From: Devosia sp.
GTDB taxonomy: Bacteria; Pseudomonadota; Alphaproteobacteria; Rhizobiales; Devosiaceae
Assembly: GCA_046594305.1 (NCBI GenBank)
Contig: JBKJTB010000368.1
Location: 3,317 to 67,316 of the forward strand
DNA: 64,000 nt
Direction: 5' to 3'
The position numbers and the translations under genes are program-made. The notes beneath the pieces were generated by a model. It made no database searches. It saw nothing but the letters and a program-made list of their open reading frames with translations, and was not told the origin of the DNA. Positions 8,412-17,615 of this stretch are shown piece after piece; the stretch's first letter is position 1, and each line of letters opens with the position of its first letter.

Positions 8412-8777
8412 ATGCGCGAGCTATTTGTCGCCAAGACTGCCGAGTTCAAGAGCGGCGATCGGCGCATCGTCGTGAACGACCACGGCCGCGAGGTCGGGGT
8501 GTTCAGCCAGGACGATGGCTACTACGCCTACAGCAATTACTGCCTGCACTCAGGCGGTCCGGCCTGCGAGGGCCTGATGATCAACCGGGTGGTCGAGGTG
8601 CTCGGTCCCGACAAGACTTTTGTCGGCGAGATCTTCGGCGACGAGGTGCACTTCGTGTGCCCGTGGCACGGCTACGAGTACGACCTCAAGACCGGCGAGA
8701 ACGTCGCCAACCGCACATTGAAGCTGCGCAAATACGACGTCGTCGAGCGCGACGGCGACGTTTACGTGGTGGCATAG
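8412..8777 (+). CDS. Rieske [2Fe-2S] domain protein with atypically long ligand spacer
   Basis: Ligands are CLH-X36-CPWH (NYCLHSGGP...FVCPWHGYEY). ATG 8412 is preceded by GGAAGAG; an alternative ATG at 8385 has no RBS. Confidence 0.8.
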   Translation: MRELFVAKTAEFKSGDRRIVVNDHGREVGVFSQDDGYYAYSNYCLHSGGPACEGLMINRVVEVLGPDKTFVGEIFGDEVHFVCPWHGYEYDLKTGENVANRTLKLRKYDVVERDGDVYVVA

Positions 8778-8782
8778 GAGAG

Positions 8783-10030
8783 ATGTCGATGGACATTCCG
8801 TTCAAGAATCCCCCGCCGTTCGAAGTCCGCAATCTCGTCCCGGGTGGCGAGTTCTCGACGGTCGACCAGTTGCGGCACGCGGCGGAGCAGGCGGTGCTGC
8901 GCAAGTATCGCGACTTCGTCATCGTCGACGTCGATTCTCACCACTACGAGAACGAAAACTACCGCGAAGTCTTCAAGTACATCGACAGTCCGGTGATCCG
9001 CCGGCAGGCGCTTGAATCGGCCGAACGTCCGGGCCGCTCGAGCCTGCTCAACGGCCAGGTCGGGTACCAGGATATCGGCGGCCGCATCACGCGCCAGCGT
9101 GGCCGGGCCCGCGAAAAGACCGAGCCGGGCGAGCAGCGCGACATCGTCATGACGAAGCGCTGGATGGACTCGATGGGCGTCGACTACGCCTGCCTGTTCC
9201 CGACGCCGATGCTGTTCCTTGGCCTCCACCCGCAGCCGGAAATCGAGGTGGCGCTGGCGCAGGGCTACAATCGGTGGCTGTGCGAGCAGATCCTCGATGT
9301 GGATCCGCGCCTGGTGTCGATGCTCTATCTGCCGTTCAACGACCCGGAAGCCGCCTATCGCACGGTCAAGGAGTTCGGCCATCGCAAGGGCGTGACGGGC
9401 TTCATGGTCACCTCACCGCGCTACAAGCCGGTGCACGACAACGCCTATATGAAGACTTACGCGCTGCTCGAAGAGATGGGGAAGCCCATCTCGTTCCACG
9501 CCGCCTACAACTGGAACGACCAGTCGATGGCGATGCTGAACCGCTTCATCTCGGTGCATGCCGTCGGCTTCATGATGTACAACATGATCCATCTCACCAA
9601 CTGGGTGATGAACGGCATCCCCGAGCGCTTCCCCAAACTCAAGGTGATGTGGATCGAAAGCGGCCTGACCTGGGCCTACTCGCTGATGCAGCGCCTCGAC
9701 CACTCCTACATGATGCGCCCCTCGGACGCGCCGGCGCTCAAGCGCAAGCCGAGCGAGTACATGCGCGAGATGTATTACAGCACGCAGCCCATGGAGATGC
9801 CGGACGACAAGTCGATCCTCGAGGCGACGTTCAAGATGATCAAGGCGGACACCCAGCTGGTGTGGTCCTCGGACTATCCGCACTGGGACTTCGATCTGCC
9901 CAGCGTCATCTACGATCTGCCGTTCCTAAGCGAGACGGCCAAGCGCAACATTTTGGGCGGCACCGCAGCAAAGCTGTTCAATATCGATCCCAAGGTGGTC
10001 AAGAGCATCCCGGGCGACGTCGTCGCCTGA
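8783..10030 (+). CDS. amidohydrolase family 2 protein (ACMSD/LigW-like metal-dependent hydrolase/decarboxylase)
   Basis: 415 aa from ATG 8783 (GGAGAG RBS, 5 nt after the Rieske stop). Metal ligands are VDVDSHH ... SDYPHWD. The 557-aa track ORF is an artefactual upstream extension. Confidence 0.85.
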   Translation: MSMDIPFKNPPPFEVRNLVPGGEFSTVDQLRHAAEQAVLRKYRDFVIVDVDSHHYENENYREVFKYIDSPVIRRQALESAERPGRSSLLNGQVGYQDIGGRITRQRGRAREKTEPGEQRDIVMTKRWMDSMGVDYACLFPTPMLFLGLHPQPEIEVALAQGYNRWLCEQILDVDPRLVSMLYLPFNDPEAAYRTVKEFGHRKGVTGFMVTSPRYKPVHDNAYMKTYALLEEMGKPISFHAAYNWNDQSMAMLNRFISVHAVGFMMYNMIHLTNWVMNGIPERFPKLKVMWIESGLTWAYSLMQRLDHSYMMRPSDAPALKRKPSEYMREMYYSTQPMEMPDDKSILEATFKMIKADTQLVWSSDYPHWDFDLPSVIYDLPFLSETAKRNILGGTAAKLFNIDPKVVKSIPGDVVA

Positions 10031-10057
10031 TCGCGCAGTCAACAGAAGGGAAGTCAG

Positions 10058-10363
10058 ATGAACGTTCACTTCAAGGAGTCCGCGATGGCCGACAGCGAAA
10101 GCCTCGAGCAGGCGGCACAGCGGATCGTGGCAGCCCTTCGGTCGGGCGAGGGACTATCGGTGGAGACGGCGCAGGAGCTGTTCACCGCCGGCGTCGCTGC
10201 CTACTCGGCGCGGCGTCTCGATGGCGAGGGCGGCTCGCCGCTGCGCCAGGGCCACGACCTGCCGGCCACCGATATTGCGATCACCACGACGGCGATGCTC
10301 GAGGACGTCAATATCGCGATCTTCGAGCTCGGCCTGTGGCAGAGCATGGCCAGCAAGCGATAG
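10058..10363 (+). CDS. hypothetical protein (101 aa)
   Basis: ATG is preceded by GAAGGGAAG and lies 27 nt after the amidohydrolase stop. GC3 is coding-like. I recognise no family. Confidence 0.55.
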   Translation: MNVHFKESAMADSESLEQAAQRIVAALRSGEGLSVETAQELFTAGVAAYSARRLDGEGGSPLRQGHDLPATDIAITTTAMLEDVNIAIFELGLWQSMASKR

Positions 10364-10383
10364 TCCGTCGGACCATCGATCAG

Positions 10384-10410
10384 GGCCGAGGCGCGTCCCG
10401 CGCCTTGGCC
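10384..10410 (+). terminator. GC-rich stem-loop after the 101-aa ORF (12-bp stem, no U-tract)
   Basis: GGCCGAGGCGCG-tcc-CGCGCCTTGGCC has one G-U pair and begins 21 nt after stop 10363. No T-run follows, so a terminator function is uncertain. Confidence 0.3.
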
Positions 10411-10795
10411 GCACTGCCTTGAGCGGCAACGCTCGGCATGACGCTTTGCCGTCCGGAGCCCGCGCGCTCCTCCCCCCAGATTCACCACTGCTGACCGTCG
10501 TCGCCTCGCGTCAGAATAGCGCTGCGACCGCGCGACATCCCTGCGTCGGGCGATGGACGCCTATGCTCCTGATACATATGGCCGATAGAAAAAATTACGC
10601 GCTACTTATTCGGCGAGGCAATAAATGGGGACTGATTAAGAATTGGACGGGTTTTGCGGAACGTTTCTAAGGTGGCCCTTGTGATGTGGCGCGCGGCCCA
10701 GATGGCGCGGCCTTCTTACGAGCTCTGTGGAACAAAAAACCTGACAAAGCCCCAGGTCCTTGGGTGGAAACCGGACTGCTGATCGGAGAATCCGC

Positions 10796-12331
10796 ATGCG
10801 CATGAACAGACGTACCGCACTGACGTTGCTGGGGGCTGGCGCTGGCTATGCCTACCTGGGCGCGCCCCAAACCGTATTCGGCCAGGATGCCGGTCCGGTG
10901 CTCAACATTGCCCAGGACCAGGTGCCCGCCGCGCTCGATCCGCTGCTGGGCCAGACCAACCCCTTCTACCGCACCTTGCGCAACGTTTATGACACGCTGC
11001 TGACCGTCAACTATTCGGGCGACGGCGCCCTGCAGCCAGCGCTGGCCGAAAGCTGGACGCGGGTCGACGGCAAGACGCTCGATCTCAAGCTGCGCCAGGG
11101 CGTCAAGTTCCACGACGGCTCGCCGCTGACCACCGACGACGTGGTCTTCAGCTTCGGCGAAGTGCGCCGCACCAGCAAGGATTCGCCGGGCTACGGCACG
11201 GCACAGCAGTTTCTCAGGACCATTGCGACCGTCGAAGCGATCGACGCTTCGACCATCCGCGTGACCTCGTCCACCGACGATCCGACGCTTGAATTGCGCC
11301 TCACGGCTTGGGGCAGCCAGATTGTCTCGAAGGCCGCGTTCGAGGCCGCTGGCGGCTTTGAGGGCTTTGGCCGCGCGCCCATCGGCACCGGCCCGTTCTC
11401 GGTCGTTTCGCTGTCTCCCGACGTGCTCCAGTTGAAGGCCTTTGCCGACTACTGGAACGGCAAGCCGGACATCGAGGCGATCAATTTCCGCGCCGCCCCG
11501 GAACTGTCCTCGCGTATCGCCGGCCTTGCCAGCGGTGACTTCAATCTCGTGGTCGATGTGCCCACCGATCAGTTCGAGGCGGTCACGCGCGACCCGAACC
11601 TTGAGATCGTCGGTGGTCCGGTGGCCAGCATCCGCGTCATCAAGTTCGACACCCGCAACGAAGTGCTCAAGGACGTTCGCGTGCGCAAGGCGCTGGCCCT
11701 CGCCATCGACCGCCAGGCGATCGTCGATGCCCTGTGGGGTGGCCTGGTGGAAGTTCCGCATGGCCACCAGCTTGAATCGTTCGGCGCGCTCTACACGCCT
11801 GACCGCCCCGGCTACACCTACGATCCCGCACAGGCCAAGGCGCTGCTCGCCGAAGCCGGCTATGATGGCACCCCGATCCCGTACCGCATCCGTGCCGCCG
11901 CCTATGGCCCGGAACTGGCGACCGCTCAGGTGCTAGTCGCGATGTGGAACGACGTCGGCGTCAATATCGACCTGCAGATCGTCGAGAATTTCGGCCAGAT
12001 GGTCGCCTTCCCCGGCGTCGGCATGCGCAATGGCGTCGACCCGATCCTCGTCGCCGATCCGCTGTTCGGCCTGTGGCGTTCGCATGATCGCGGCGAAGCC
12101 GAGATCTGGTCGAACGAGGAATTCTTCAAGGCCGGCGAGGTCTTGCAGACCAGCCTCGATCCGGACGTCCGCAAGAAGGCCTTCAACCGCATGATGGACA
12201 TCTACGACTTCGAAGATCCGCCGGCGTTTATCCTCCACACAATGGGCACCTTCTACGGCAAGCAAAAGAGCGTAAACTGGACCCCATCCAAGTCCGTCTA
12301 CCTCGACTTCCGCGACGCCAGCATCTCCTGA
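10796..12331 (+). CDS. ABC transporter substrate-binding protein, family 5 (peptide/opine/nickel type)
   Basis: A Tat/Sec-like signal MRMNRRTALTLLGAGAGYAYLGAP is followed by a DppA/OppA-like mature domain (...YDTLL...WTRVDGKTLDLKLRQGVKFHDG...). ATG 10796 is preceded by GGAGAA. Confidence 0.85.
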   Translation: MRMNRRTALTLLGAGAGYAYLGAPQTVFGQDAGPVLNIAQDQVPAALDPLLGQTNPFYRTLRNVYDTLLTVNYSGDGALQPALAESWTRVDGKTLDLKLRQGVKFHDGSPLTTDDVVFSFGEVRRTSKDSPGYGTAQQFLRTIATVEAIDASTIRVTSSTDDPTLELRLTAWGSQIVSKAAFEAAGGFEGFGRAPIGTGPFSVVSLSPDVLQLKAFADYWNGKPDIEAINFRAAPELSSRIAGLASGDFNLVVDVPTDQFEAVTRDPNLEIVGGPVASIRVIKFDTRNEVLKDVRVRKALALAIDRQAIVDALWGGLVEVPHGHQLESFGALYTPDRPGYTYDPAQAKALLAEAGYDGTPIPYRIRAAAYGPELATAQVLVAMWNDVGVNIDLQIVENFGQMVAFPGVGMRNGVDPILVADPLFGLWRSHDRGEAEIWSNEEFFKAGEVLQTSLDPDVRKKAFNRMMDIYDFEDPPAFILHTMGTFYGKQKSVNWTPSKSVYLDFRDASIS

Positions 12332-12365
12332 CCGAGCTGGCGGTACACACAGACCTGGAAACGAG

Positions 12366-14006
12366 ATGACTTCGACTACCGCATCCGACCCCGTCTGTGT
12401 CGTCGACAATCTCAGCATCGCCATCGGCGGTGCTGAGCCGATCCAACTGGTCAAGGACATCTCCTTCTCGATCCCCCGCGGCGGCTATTTCGCCCTCGTG
12501 GGGGAGAGCGGGTCGGGAAAATCCATCACCTGCCACTCCTTGATGCGGCTCCTGCCGTTCCCGCCAAAGATCGACGGGCGCATCCTGATCGATGGCAAGG
12601 ATGTGTGGGCGATGAAACACTCCGAGATCATCGCCTTCCGCCGCAAGACCGTTGGAATGGTGTTTCAGGACCCACTCGCAGCGCTCAATCCGGTGCGCAC
12701 CATCGGCAGCCAGATGCTCGAGACGCTGCGGCTCTACTATCCAGCCGCGAGCCGCGCCGAACTCTACGAGCGGGCGGTCAAGGCGCTGCAGGATGTGCAT
12801 ATCCCGCAGGCCGAGAAGCGGCTCGACGTCTATCCGCATCAGCTTTCGGGCGGGCTCAACCAGCGCGTGATGATCGCCCTGGCGCTGCTGGGCGATCCGG
12901 TGATGCTGATCGCCGACGAACCGACGACGGCGCTCGACATGTCGGTGCAGGCAGAAGTGCTCGATCTCATCGACGAGATGCGGGCCAAGAACGATTTGAC
13001 GGTGCTGCTGGTGACCCATGATCTGGGCATCGTGCGCGACCGCGCCACGCAGATTGCCGTCATGCACAAGGGCAGCCTGATCGAGCAGGGGCCGACCGCC
13101 CAGGTGGTCAGCGCGCCCCGCGCCGACTATTCGCGCGAGCTGTTCAAAGCCGCCGAAGTGGTGTGGCCGGACCGCTCCGCGATCAAGCCGCGCGAAGCCC
13201 CGCTCAGCCTCACCTTCGAGGGCGTCAACAAAACCTTCTTCGGGTCGCGCCGCGACAAGCAGGCCGGGGTTGGCGTGACTGCCGCCAAGGATCTGTCGTT
13301 CACCGTCCGGCAGGGCGAGATCGTCGCGCTGATCGGGGAAAGCGGCTCGGGCAAGACCACCGCCGCCAAGATGGCGATGAACCTGCTGGCGCCGGATTCG
13401 GGCAAGATCACCTTCTATCCGTCGAGCCGCAATCCTGCCGTCAAACTCAACGTGCAGATGGTGTTCCAGCATCCGCGCGACTCGCTCGACCCACTGATGA
13501 AGGTGGGCGACCAGTTGCATGAAGTGCTCAAGGTGCACGGCTGGAACGACAAGGCCAAGCGCGCCGAGCACATTGCCAAGATTATCGAGGATGTCGGGCT
13601 CGGCGCGCACGCGCTCAACCGCCGTCCGACCTATCTCAGCGGCGGCGAAGCGCAGCGCGTCGTGATCGCCCGGGCCCTGCTGCTCGAACCCGACATGCTG
13701 ATCGCGGACGAGCCACTATCGGCGGTCGACGTGCGCATCCAAAAGCACATTCTCGCCTGCTTCCAGCGCTTGCGGGAGCGGCTCGGCATCGCCATTCTGC
13801 TGATCACCCACGATCTGCGCGTGGTGTTCGAGATCGCCGATCAGGTGGTGGTCATGCGCAATGGCGAAGTGGTCGAGGACGTGCCGGTGGCGCTGTTCGC
13901 GGATGGCAACCGGCACCAATATACCCAGATGCTGATCGATGCGGTGCCCGGCAAGGACACGCCGCATAACGAGCCCGGCGCGCAATCGGAGCGGGTGGTC
14001 GCATGA
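12366..14006 (+). CDS. ABC transporter ATP-binding protein, fused double NBD (DppD/DppF-like)
   Basis: 546 aa with two Walker A motifs (GESGSGKS, GESGSGKT), two signatures (LSGGLNQR, LSGGEAQR) and Walker B motifs (LIADEP twice). Confidence 0.9.
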   Translation: MTSTTASDPVCVVDNLSIAIGGAEPIQLVKDISFSIPRGGYFALVGESGSGKSITCHSLMRLLPFPPKIDGRILIDGKDVWAMKHSEIIAFRRKTVGMVFQDPLAALNPVRTIGSQMLETLRLYYPAASRAELYERAVKALQDVHIPQAEKRLDVYPHQLSGGLNQRVMIALALLGDPVMLIADEPTTALDMSVQAEVLDLIDEMRAKNDLTVLLVTHDLGIVRDRATQIAVMHKGSLIEQGPTAQVVSAPRADYSRELFKAAEVVWPDRSAIKPREAPLSLTFEGVNKTFFGSRRDKQAGVGVTAAKDLSFTVRQGEIVALIGESGSGKTTAAKMAMNLLAPDSGKITFYPSSRNPAVKLNVQMVFQHPRDSLDPLMKVGDQLHEVLKVHGWNDKAKRAEHIAKIIEDVGLGAHALNRRPTYLSGGEAQRVVIARALLLEPDMLIADEPLSAVDVRIQKHILACFQRLRERLGIAILLITHDLRVVFEIADQVVVMRNGEVVEDVPVALFADGNRHQYTQMLIDAVPGKDTPHNEPGAQSERVVA

Positions 14007-14025
14007 GCCGGCCGGAGGTGTCCCC

Positions 14026-14949
14026 ATGATGCTGCTTTCGCGCCTCGTGCGTGCCCTGTTCTCGCTGCTGGTGATCGTAACGCTGGTCTTTGTCGCCCTG
14101 CGCTCGACCGGCGATCCGATCCTCGCCATGTTCAACCCGGACGACTACACCAAGGAAGCGCTCGACGCTTATCGCCGGCTCTACGGCTACACCGGGACGA
14201 TCTTCGAGCAGTACCTCTCCTACATCGCGAACGTCGCGCAGGGACATTTCGGCATGTCCTCGATGAGCAATCGCGATGCCCTGTCGGTCGTGCTCGAGCG
14301 GGTCCCCGCCACCTTGCAACTGGTGGGCTGCAGCGCAGTGATCATGTTCGTGGTCGGTATTCCGCTGGGCTCGATCGCCGCGCTCAATGCCGGCGGACGG
14401 GTCGATCGAATGGTGATGGCCGGGTCGACCGCAGGGTTTGCGATGCCCAATTTCGTCCTCGGGCTCCTCCTCATCCTGTTGTTCGCGGTTTCCCTCCACT
14501 GGCTCCCGAGCAATGGCAGCGGCACGTGGCAGCATCTGGTGATGCCGGTCCTCACCATTGGCCTCGCCAAGGCCGCCATCTTCACGCGCTTCGTGCGCTC
14601 GGCGGTGCTCGATGCGCTGAAGCTCAGTTGTGTTACCTCGGCCCGCGCCCGCGGCCTCGAGGAGTCGCAGATCTTTGTCCGCCACGTGATCCCCAATGCC
14701 ATGCTGCCGCTGGTCACCATCACGCCCTTGCTGGTGGGCGCCATGGTCAGCGCGGGGTCGGTGGTCGAGTCGGTGTTCGGCTGGCCCGGCATCGGGCGGC
14801 TGATCGTCGACAGCGTCGGGCAGCGCGACCTCGCAGTCCTCCAGGTCATCATCATGCTGGTCGCAGCGCTGATGATCCTCACCAATCTCATTGTCGATCT
14901 GGCCTACTCGCGGCTGGACCCACGCACCGCGCTCGCGCGCAGTCATTAG
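14026..14949 (+). CDS. ABC transporter permease (DppB-like)
   Basis: ATG 14026 follows GGAGGTG. The protein is multi-TM and carries the conserved ...SARARGLEESQIFVRHVIPNA... loop. Confidence 0.85.
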   Translation: MMLLSRLVRALFSLLVIVTLVFVALRSTGDPILAMFNPDDYTKEALDAYRRLYGYTGTIFEQYLSYIANVAQGHFGMSSMSNRDALSVVLERVPATLQLVGCSAVIMFVVGIPLGSIAALNAGGRVDRMVMAGSTAGFAMPNFVLGLLLILLFAVSLHWLPSNGSGTWQHLVMPVLTIGLAKAAIFTRFVRSAVLDALKLSCVTSARARGLEESQIFVRHVIPNAMLPLVTITPLLVGAMVSAGSVVESVFGWPGIGRLIVDSVGQRDLAVLQVIIMLVAALMILTNLIVDLAYSRLDPRTALARSH

Positions 14950-14964
14950 GCGAGGCCAAGCACC

Positions 14965-15828
14965 ATGTCGGCAGTCACCGCAGCCCCTCCCGCCAGGAAG
15001 CGTTTCCGCCTTTCGGACTATCCCATTGCCGTGCTGATTTCGGCGCTCTGGCTGCTGAGCTGCCTGTCGCTGGTGATCCTCTTGCCGATCCTGCCGCTGC
15101 CCAGCGAGACGGCGATTGATCTACACGCCCGGCTCGCCCCGCCGGTCGGATTTGGCGGGGAATGGGCGCATTGGCTGGGAAGCGACGATCTGGGGCGCGA
15201 TATCTTCTCGCGGCTCGCCGCGTCGCTGCGGACGAGCCTCGTGCTGGCGCTCGGGGCAACGATCATTTCCGCCATCATCGGCACCACCATCGGCATTCTC
15301 GCCGCGCATTTCGGCGGCTGGGTGGACCAGGTGGTGGTTGCGGCGGTCGACACCCAGGCGTCGGTGCCCTTCATCATCATCTCGCTGACCCTCACGGCCT
15401 TCTTCGGCAACAATCTCTTCCTCTTCATCTTCATCCTGGGCCTCTTCGGCTGGGAGCGCTTTGCCCGATTGTCGCGCGCCATGACCATGGCCTCGCGCGG
15501 GCATGGCTATGTGCTGGCAATGAACACGCTGGGGTTCTCCTGGCCCCGGATCTATCTGCGTCACGTGCTGCCCAATATCGCGAGCACGCTGCTGGTGACG
15601 GCCACCATCAACTTCCCCGAAGTGATCCTGCTCGAGACGTCGCTGAGCTTTCTCGGTCTTGGCATCCAGCCGCCGATGAGCAGTCTCGGCAACATGCTGG
15701 GCTTTGGCCGCTCGTATCTGCTCACCGGCTGGTGGATCGCCGTGGTGCCGGGTGTCGCGATCTTTCTCTGCACGCTGTCGGTGTCGATCATCGGCGACTG
15801 GGCGCGCGGCGTGATCGGGCGGATCTGA
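14965..15828 (+). CDS. ABC transporter permease (DppC-like)
   Basis: 287 aa, multi-TM, with the ...GSDDLGRDIFSRL... and ...LRHVLPNIAS... motifs of DppC/OppC permeases. Confidence 0.85.
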   Translation: MSAVTAAPPARKRFRLSDYPIAVLISALWLLSCLSLVILLPILPLPSETAIDLHARLAPPVGFGGEWAHWLGSDDLGRDIFSRLAASLRTSLVLALGATIISAIIGTTIGILAAHFGGWVDQVVVAAVDTQASVPFIIISLTLTAFFGNNLFLFIFILGLFGWERFARLSRAMTMASRGHGYVLAMNTLGFSWPRIYLRHVLPNIASTLLVTATINFPEVILLETSLSFLGLGIQPPMSSLGNMLGFGRSYLLTGWWIAVVPGVAIFLCTLSVSIIGDWARGVIGRI

Positions 15829-15881
15829 CCGCGGAGTCCTAACCCTCGCGCCGGGATGGCGCAGTCTGCGCCGGAGCCATC

Positions 15882-17615
15882 ATGTATCAGACTGTCCAGA
15901 CCACTCTGTCCGACGTCACGGTCGCCGAGGCGTATCTGCACATTCTGGCCGATCGCGGCATCGACTACTTCTTTGCCAATGCCGGCACCGACTTCGCGCC
16001 GCTGATCGAGGCATTCGCAAAGGGCGCGGCGCTCGGCCACAAGCTGCCGCGGCCGATCACCGCCCCGCACGAGAATGTCGCGGTCCATATGGCGATGGGG
16101 CACGCGCTGGTCTCGGGCAAGCCGCAGGCGGTGATGGTGCATGTCAATGTCGGCACCGCCAATGCGCTCACGGGCCTGCTCAATGCCCGGCGCGGCCGGG
16201 TGCCGATGCTGTTCACCGCCGGTAGAACGCCGATCCTCGAGGAAGGCATGCGCGGCGCCCGCTCGGTGTTCGTCCACTGGGCGCAGGAGATGTACGATCA
16301 GGCGGGCATGGTCCGCGAGGCGGTCAAATGGGACTACGAATTGCGGCTGCCCGAGCAGCTCGAAACGGTGGTCGACCGGGCGCTGAGCCTCACCTCGACC
16401 GCGCCGGCGGGTCCGGTCTATCTAACGCTGCCGCGCGAGGTGCTGGCGCGCAAGCTCGAGACCTTCAGCTTCCGCCCGGGCGGGCCGCATCAGCCGATCA
16501 GCCTGCCGGCGGCGGCGAGCGATAGCGCCATCGCGCAAGCCGCCGAGGCACTGGCGCGCGCCAGGAACCCGCTGATCCTCACCACCAATCTCAACCGCGT
16601 GCCGGGAGCGGTCGAGGCGCTGGCGCAGCTCGCCGGCCAGCATGCCATTCCGGTCGTCTCCTACAATCCGAGCGGCGTGGAACTGCCGGCGAACCACCCC
16701 ATGCATATGGGCTACGAGCCAAAAGTCTGGCTCGAAGACGCGGATGTGGTGCTGGTGGCCGAAGCGCTGGTGCCGTATTTGCCGCGCGAAGCCAAGCCCA
16801 AGCCCGGCGCCATAGTGATCCAGCTCGGCATCGACCCGCTCTACGAAGACACTCCGATCCGCGGTTTTCCGTGCGACCTCGCGATTGCCGCCTCGCCCGA
16901 TATCGCGCTGCTGCAACTGGCGCATCGGCTGGCCACGATGCCGGACAACGATCGCGAGTTGATCGAGCGCCGGCGTGCTGCGCTTGCCGAGCGCAAGGCG
17001 CAGTTGCTGGCGCGGCGCGAAGCGGCCTGGGTCGAGGCGCAGAAATCGGCCGACATCACGCCGCTGCACATCAGCCGCGCGATCGACGCGATGAAGGGCG
17101 ATGCGCTGGTGTTCAAGGAATCGGGCCTCAGGCTCGATCAGATGGAATTCAACGAGCCGGGAACGATGTTCTTTGCGGGCGCCGCCGGCGGACTCGGCTG
17201 GAGTCTTGGCGCGGCGCTGGGTGCCAAACTCGCGGCTCCGGAGCGCGACATCATCGTGACGGTCGGCGACGGCTCCTACATGTTCGGCACGCCGCTTGCC
17301 GCCCACTATGTGGCGGCCGAGCAAAAGCTGCCGGTGCTGTTCGTGGTCTTCAACAATGGCGGCTGGCACGCGGTGCGCCGCTCGACCCGCGGCATGTTCA
17401 AGGACGGCTACGCGGCCGCGACGCCCAAGGGGCAGGTCGAGCCGCTGACCGATTTCGGCGTCGATGTGCGCTACGACAAGATGATGGAGACCGTCGGCGG
17501 CCACGGCGAGCTGGTCGAGCATCCCGACGACCTGCCCAAGGCGCTCAAGCGCGCGCAGGACATCATGCGCACCGAACAGCGGCAGGTGCTGCTCAACGTC
17601 GTTTCGACCACATGA
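15882..17615 (+). CDS. thiamine diphosphate-dependent enzyme (acetolactate synthase large-subunit-like)
   Basis: 577 aa. The N-terminal Pyr domain is AEAYLHILADRGIDYFFANAGTDFAPLIEA and the ThDP-binding motif is GDGSYMF...VVFNNGGW. Confidence 0.85.
   Translation: MYQTVQTTLSDVTVAEAYLHILADRGIDYFFANAGTDFAPLIEAFAKGAALGHKLPRPITAPHENVAVHMAMGHALVSGKPQAVMVHVNVGTANALTGLLNARRGRVPMLFTAGRTPILEEGMRGARSVFVHWAQEMYDQAGMVREAVKWDYELRLPEQLETVVDRALSLTSTAPAGPVYLTLPREVLARKLETFSFRPGGPHQPISLPAAASDSAIAQAAEALARARNPLILTTNLNRVPGAVEALAQLAGQHAIPVVSYNPSGVELPANHPMHMGYEPKVWLEDADVVLVAEALVPYLPREAKPKPGAIVIQLGIDPLYEDTPIRGFPCDLAIAASPDIALLQLAHRLATMPDNDRELIERRRAALAERKAQLLARREAAWVEAQKSADITPLHISRAIDAMKGDALVFKESGLRLDQMEFNEPGTMFFAGAAGGLGWSLGAALGAKLAAPERDIIVTVGDGSYMFGTPLAAHYVAAEQKLPVLFVVFNNGGWHAVRRSTRGMFKDGYAAATPKGQVEPLTDFGVDVRYDKMMETVGGHGELVEHPDDLPKALKRAQDIMRTEQRQVLLNVVSTT

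Noticed and set aside
8357-8782. N-terminal 142-residue extension of the amidohydrolase ORF (track ORF 8357..10030).
   Set aside because: The extension is Arg-rich junk that overlaps the well-supported Rieske gene in another frame. A good RBS and ATG at 8783 give a normal-length amidohydrolase.
10221-10670. 149-aa plus-strand ORF in the gap before the ABC operon.
   Set aside because: It overlaps the 3' end of the 101-aa ORF out of frame, has Arg/Pro/Ser-rich composition, and lacks an RBS. Only its last 30 codons lie in the A/T-rich patch.
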